From Octopus vulgaris (Eukaryota): a stretch of 64,000 nucleotides of DNA. Of the stretch, positions 59,246 to 64,000 are shown piece after piece. Below the pieces are notes generated by a model that searched no databases, was not told the DNA's origin, and saw only the letters and a program-made list of their open reading frames with translations. The DNA lies in NCBI GenBank assembly GCA_951406725.2, contig OX597832.1, forward strand, positions 20,522,001 through 20,586,000, read 5' to 3'. The position numbers were made by a program, and so were the translations under genes. Within the stretch, counting starts at the first letter, position 1. Each line of letters starts with the position of its first letter.

Positions 59246-59999
59246 AGATGTCTGCCAAACCTATCTACGGATAGGCCTCGAACTCGATCTTGCGTGATTG
59301 CGAAGCAAATATCTTAAGCAATCAGTCATCCAACATCCATAGACATACTCACATATACACATTCATGGACATAATCACAACAGTCACAGGCACTCATACA
59401 CAGGCAAATGCACGCGCAAAACAATAACAACAACAACAAAAAGCAATATTATAAACCCGAACAAACCAACGCAGGTAATCTCGCCCGAAAATTGTATACA
59501 TAGATCCACGTATTCTGGAAGACACAGTTAAATCTCAACTGGAGAAAACCTGTCCAGAGGCACGTAGCTGAAGAAAAAACGTATTAAAGTTACGTCTGAC
59601 TGAACGACGAACAGACAGACGGAAGTAAATGACCTAAACACTGCCTCACGTACCGTTTACAAAGCGATAGTGTTGGCTGAGCTCTTCACCACGCCCCATA
59701 ATATTTTTCTTCTTTAAGTTTCGCCAAACGTAATACGTCAATGATATTAATATAGCAGCCGATGATTATCGTGGTGTTGCTGTTGGTGATAATGTTGATG
59801 ATGATAATGTTGATGTTTTTACTTGGTATTTTGTTTATTGTTTTTTGTTTGTTGTTTTGCTTATACTTTTGCTTGTTGTGATGTAGTTACTGCTATTGGT
59901 AATGGTTGTTTTTCAGAATCGTCCAGCTGGTTTTCATATTGTTGTTGTTGGTGGTGGTGTTACTATTCTTGAATATACTAAAAATGACTGTTGTTATTG

Positions 60000-60073
<74 letters not shown>

Positions 60074-60085
60074 CATCATCATTAA

Positions 60086-60900
60086 GGCGGCGAGCTGGCA
60101 TAATCATTAGAGCGCCGGGCTAAATACATAGTGGCATTTCATTCGTCTTTACGTTCTGAGTTCAAATTCTACTGAAGTCGATTTTTGCCGTTTCACCCTT
60201 TTGGGGTCGATGAAATAAGAACCAGTTACGCACTGGCGTTGATGTAATCGATTAGACCCGTCCTCAAAAACTTTAGCCCTTGTTCCAGTAGCAGTAAGTA
60301 TATTATTATCATTGTTGCTAAGTTCAAATTCCGCTGAGGTCGACTCTCTCTTTTATCCTTTCGGGGGTCTATGAGATAAATACCAGTGAAGTACTGGGGT
60401 CAATGTAATCGACTAATCCCTTGTCCTGAAATTGCTGTCCTTGTGCCTCCAGTACTCCAGTAGAAAGGATATTCTTTACGGCGGCGAGCAGATAGAATCG
60501 TTAGCAACCACGGACGAAATGCTTAGCGACAATCTGAGTTCAAATTCCGCCGAGGCTGAATCTATCTTTCATCCTTCCGGGGTCGATGAAATAAATACCA
60601 GTTACGCACTGGGGTGGATGTAAATGATTAGACACCTCCCGAAAATTTTAACCCTTGTTCCAGTAGCAGTAAGTATATTATTATCATTGTTGCTAAGGCA
60701 ACGAACAAGCAGAATCGTTAGAATTCCCGACAAAACAGCGGCATTTCGTCGGTCTTTAAGTTCAGAGTTCAAATCCTGATGAGGTCGACTTTATCTTTCA
60801 TCATTTCGGGGTCGATGAAATAAATACCAGTGACGTACTGGGGCCCGATGTAATCGACTTACCCACTACCACTGAACTCACTGGTCTTCTTCCAATACCG
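60086..60900 (+). mobile_element. Tandem array of four SINE family B units
   Basis: Four repeats of gagttcaaat...gaggtcgac...ggggtcgatgaaataa.taccagt...ctgggg; identical junction cccttgttccagtagcagtaagtatattattatcattgttgctaag at about 60278 and 60652. Confidence 0.85.
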
Positions 60901-61332
60901 AAAAGTACTAGGCTTACCATGAATAAGTCCTGGGGTCGATTTGCTCGACTAAAGGTGGTGCTCCTGCATGGCTGCAGTCAAATGACTGAAACAAGTAATA
61001 GAGTAAAAAGAGAGAGTATATATATACATATATATATACACACAAATGAAGGAGGGTGTCTCGTGTGTGCCATTAATTTACCAGTATCAGCTTATATGTA
61101 GACGGGATAGAGAAAACACTAATGCGCTTTCATACCAGCCGTCACTCGGTTTCGTTCACACACGATCAAAAACAAATTCTAGTAGATATAAACCAACTGA
61201 ACACTGCGTGATACCTAAGGAATATAACACACACACACACTTACACACACATACACCCTTATGCAGATTGGATATATATATATTTGTTCGTATACGCATA
61301 CGCAAATATATATTTACACATATTTTTACACG

Positions 61333-61383
<51 letters not shown>

Positions 61384-61519
61384 ATACATATATGCAAATA
61401 AATAACTCACTCACTTGCTATATACACACACATATATATATATATATTTATATGGACCTTTTAGTATCTGTGTATATATATATATATATGTGTGTGTGTA
61501 AATATATAACTCTCTCACT

Positions 61520-61567
<48 letters not shown>

Positions 61568-61583
61568 TATGGACTTTTTAGCC

Positions 61584-61655
<72 letters not shown>

Positions 61656-61672
61656 TATATATTATATATATA

Positions 61673-61711
<39 letters not shown>

Positions 61712-62330
61712 TACATGTACTTATATATGCGTATGTGTATACATATTTATACATATATGTCTGCCTTGTGTATGTCTGTATGTAACGTCTGCATTTGTGC
61801 GTGTGTGTATACACGCACAAATGATATTTCATGTTTCTCCTCCCTTAGCCTTACTCGACCTTTCTACGTCTAAATGTAGAATACGTAGACAGCGACGAAA
61901 CCTCGTAAACAAAACAACAATAACAAAAAAAAAACATACATAACTAAATACATCAACGACTCATCCGCACCCAGGTACGCACACACACATACGCACAATC
62001 TACCAGAGCCACATAAATACACAAACAACGAGCAAGAACGTTCTTCTCTCGAGTAAGATTTTTCAATCTCCTCGTTAGTAGCCATTATATAACATCAGAA
62101 TTTTTATTGGTTTAACGTTCTTAATAAAATCACGTATGAGATATTCGCTTACATGTCACAATAAAAGCTTAATGATCCACAATATATGTTTAATGTTTCA
62201 TTGTTAATTTCATTCTGTGTTGTTTTGCTGTGATGTATTCTGTAAATATATTAGCTTTCGGCGATTATGATTTTGCGAACCGGTTTCGACTCCGCGATAT
62301 TTTTTTTTTTTCTAAGCCGCTGTCACTTAC

Positions 62331-62387
62331 TTTGCTTACGTCTTGAATCGTGAATCAGTGTGGAGTGTACTGTAGTTACAGTGCAAT
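62331..62387 (-). other. Candidate 57-nt cassette exon (alternative donor gives 48 nt)
   Basis: ttttacattttcatgctcag | exon | gtaagt; second donor gtaagc 9 nt upstream; both lengths are multiples of 3. Confidence 0.33.
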
Positions 62388-62677
62388 CTGAGCATGAAAA
62401 TGTAAAATATAACCACACACATACACACACGCACAAATACGCATTAACACACGCAGACACACACACACGAACATATCTAATATAAATAGATATATATTTA
62501 AATATATTTATAAATATACGCATACGTATATGTTTCCATATATACATACATACATATATATATATACATATATATATATATACATATATATACCATATAT
62601 ATATGTGTGTGTGTGTGTCTGTGTGTGGGTGTGTGTCTGTGTGCGTGTGTGAGTCTGTGTTTGTATATATACATATA

Positions 62678-62735
<58 letters not shown>

Positions 62736-62892
62736 CCCGGCGTGGATGTCCGGGTTAACCACAGTAAGTAAGGTACTCAATACCCTAGGAGGCAATTATT
62801 TTATTATATAGAAGAGCTTCTACCAATCATTCAAGAGAATCCTGAAGATTTCTCCCTCTAGATCTTATATAATAATATATATATATATATAT

Positions 62893-63295
62893 ATACGAGC
62901 ATAGCCCGGCGTTGTCCGGGTATGTAAGACCCTAGGAGGCAACAATGTCTTCTCTAGAGAACGAAGGCGCATGTGTAGGTTCAATGTCTTCTCTTCACTC
63001 GAATACTTCTGTGTATACGATGTTCCTAGCTGTCCCTAGCTGTCGAGTTGTGTCCTCTAGACAGAAAATGTGTTGCATATAAAAAGCTTAGATTCTCGAC
63101 CCCATGTCGAATTTATCGATTCTTTTTCAGAATTGGGGGAACTTTTCAAAATTTTGCTGCGTTAGTTTTTAATTATGACATTGGGCTATATGTGTGTCAA
63201 GTTTCATCAGAATCGGTTGAAAGCCGTGGTCAGCGTGAGGGTACAACCTGACAGACACACAGACACACAGACAGACAAACTGCCATTTATATATA
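62893..63295 (-). mobile_element. Non-autonomous Helitron-like element
   Basis: Terminal GC hairpin CCCGG-CGTTGT-CCGGG a few nt from a CT(C/A)GT end; subterminal caagtttcatcagaatcgg and (ACAG)n then tttatatata at the other end; partial duplicate at 62731-62795. Confidence 0.6.
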
Positions 63296-64000
63296 TATAT
63301 ACACATACATACAGATATATATTATAAGATGCTTATACAGCGAGCTGGCAGAATCGTTATGACGCCCGTCCTTACGTTCTGAGTTCAAAATCTGTTCAGG
63401 TAGATTATTATCCTTCATCATTTGCGGGCCGATAAAATAAGCTTTGTACCCATAGTACAAAGGATTGTTAGACGTCTATTTACATTCACATATGTATGCT
63501 AGCATATATATTTGGAAAAATTGTATCTAGATGATTCCACACTGAAGACAGAAACCATCTGTAAGATAATCTTTTATATACATCCACTGCTAACTATATA
63601 CCCTTGAAATTTTTCACTCTCCATCTTCCAACATTATAATTCTGCGCCATTAGAAACAGCTATCGGACATGCACTACCATTCCCTCTCTCCTTAGATTTC
63701 TATACATTTTATATACCATGTAAATTTATTTTGCAAATATATAAATATCCATATTCTCATAGGATGTTCATCTGAATGTTTTCAGTTTTGTTAATCTGTG
63801 TGTGTGTATATGTATATGTATATATACACGTATGTGTATTTATATATATATAAATACACATACATGCATATATATATATGTATAAAAATTATATATAAAA
63901 ATACAAAATGGGACAAGAACGCAAAACACACCAAGAGACGACACGAAAAACGGATGGGTCATTCGAAGCCTCTAATCTTCAGTCAGGAACCGAATCATCC

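Noticed and set aside
62315-62326. 12-nt reverse-complement match to the 3' part of miR-210
   Set aside because: Seed absent and no precursor hairpin.

Overview
Eukaryotic, AT-rich, microsatellite-saturated non-coding DNA, either a giant intron or a gene desert. The repeat landscape suggests an octopod cephalopod (Octopus sp.); this is inference from recalled SINE families, not a database match. No intact protein-coding gene is recognisable, and almost every ORF in the track is a translated simple repeat. Supportable content: (i) dozens of copies of at least three tRNA-derived SINE families, some as closely spaced inverted pairs or tandem arrays; (ii) two decayed mariner transposase fragments; (iii) a non-autonomous Helitron-like element; (iv) several short Penelope-like (pLTR/retrozyme-type) repeat families carrying minimal type-I hammerhead ribozyme motifs; (v) long fold-back inverted repeats; (vi) about ten short unique-sequence islands between the repeats, several with frame-preserving candidate (micro)exons on the minus strand. 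The best-supported unusual signal is a three-copy repeat family whose hammerhead has a swapped G3-C8 core pair (GUGAACA instead of CUGANGA), with stems I and II intact in two copies and a palindromic stem-III loop.
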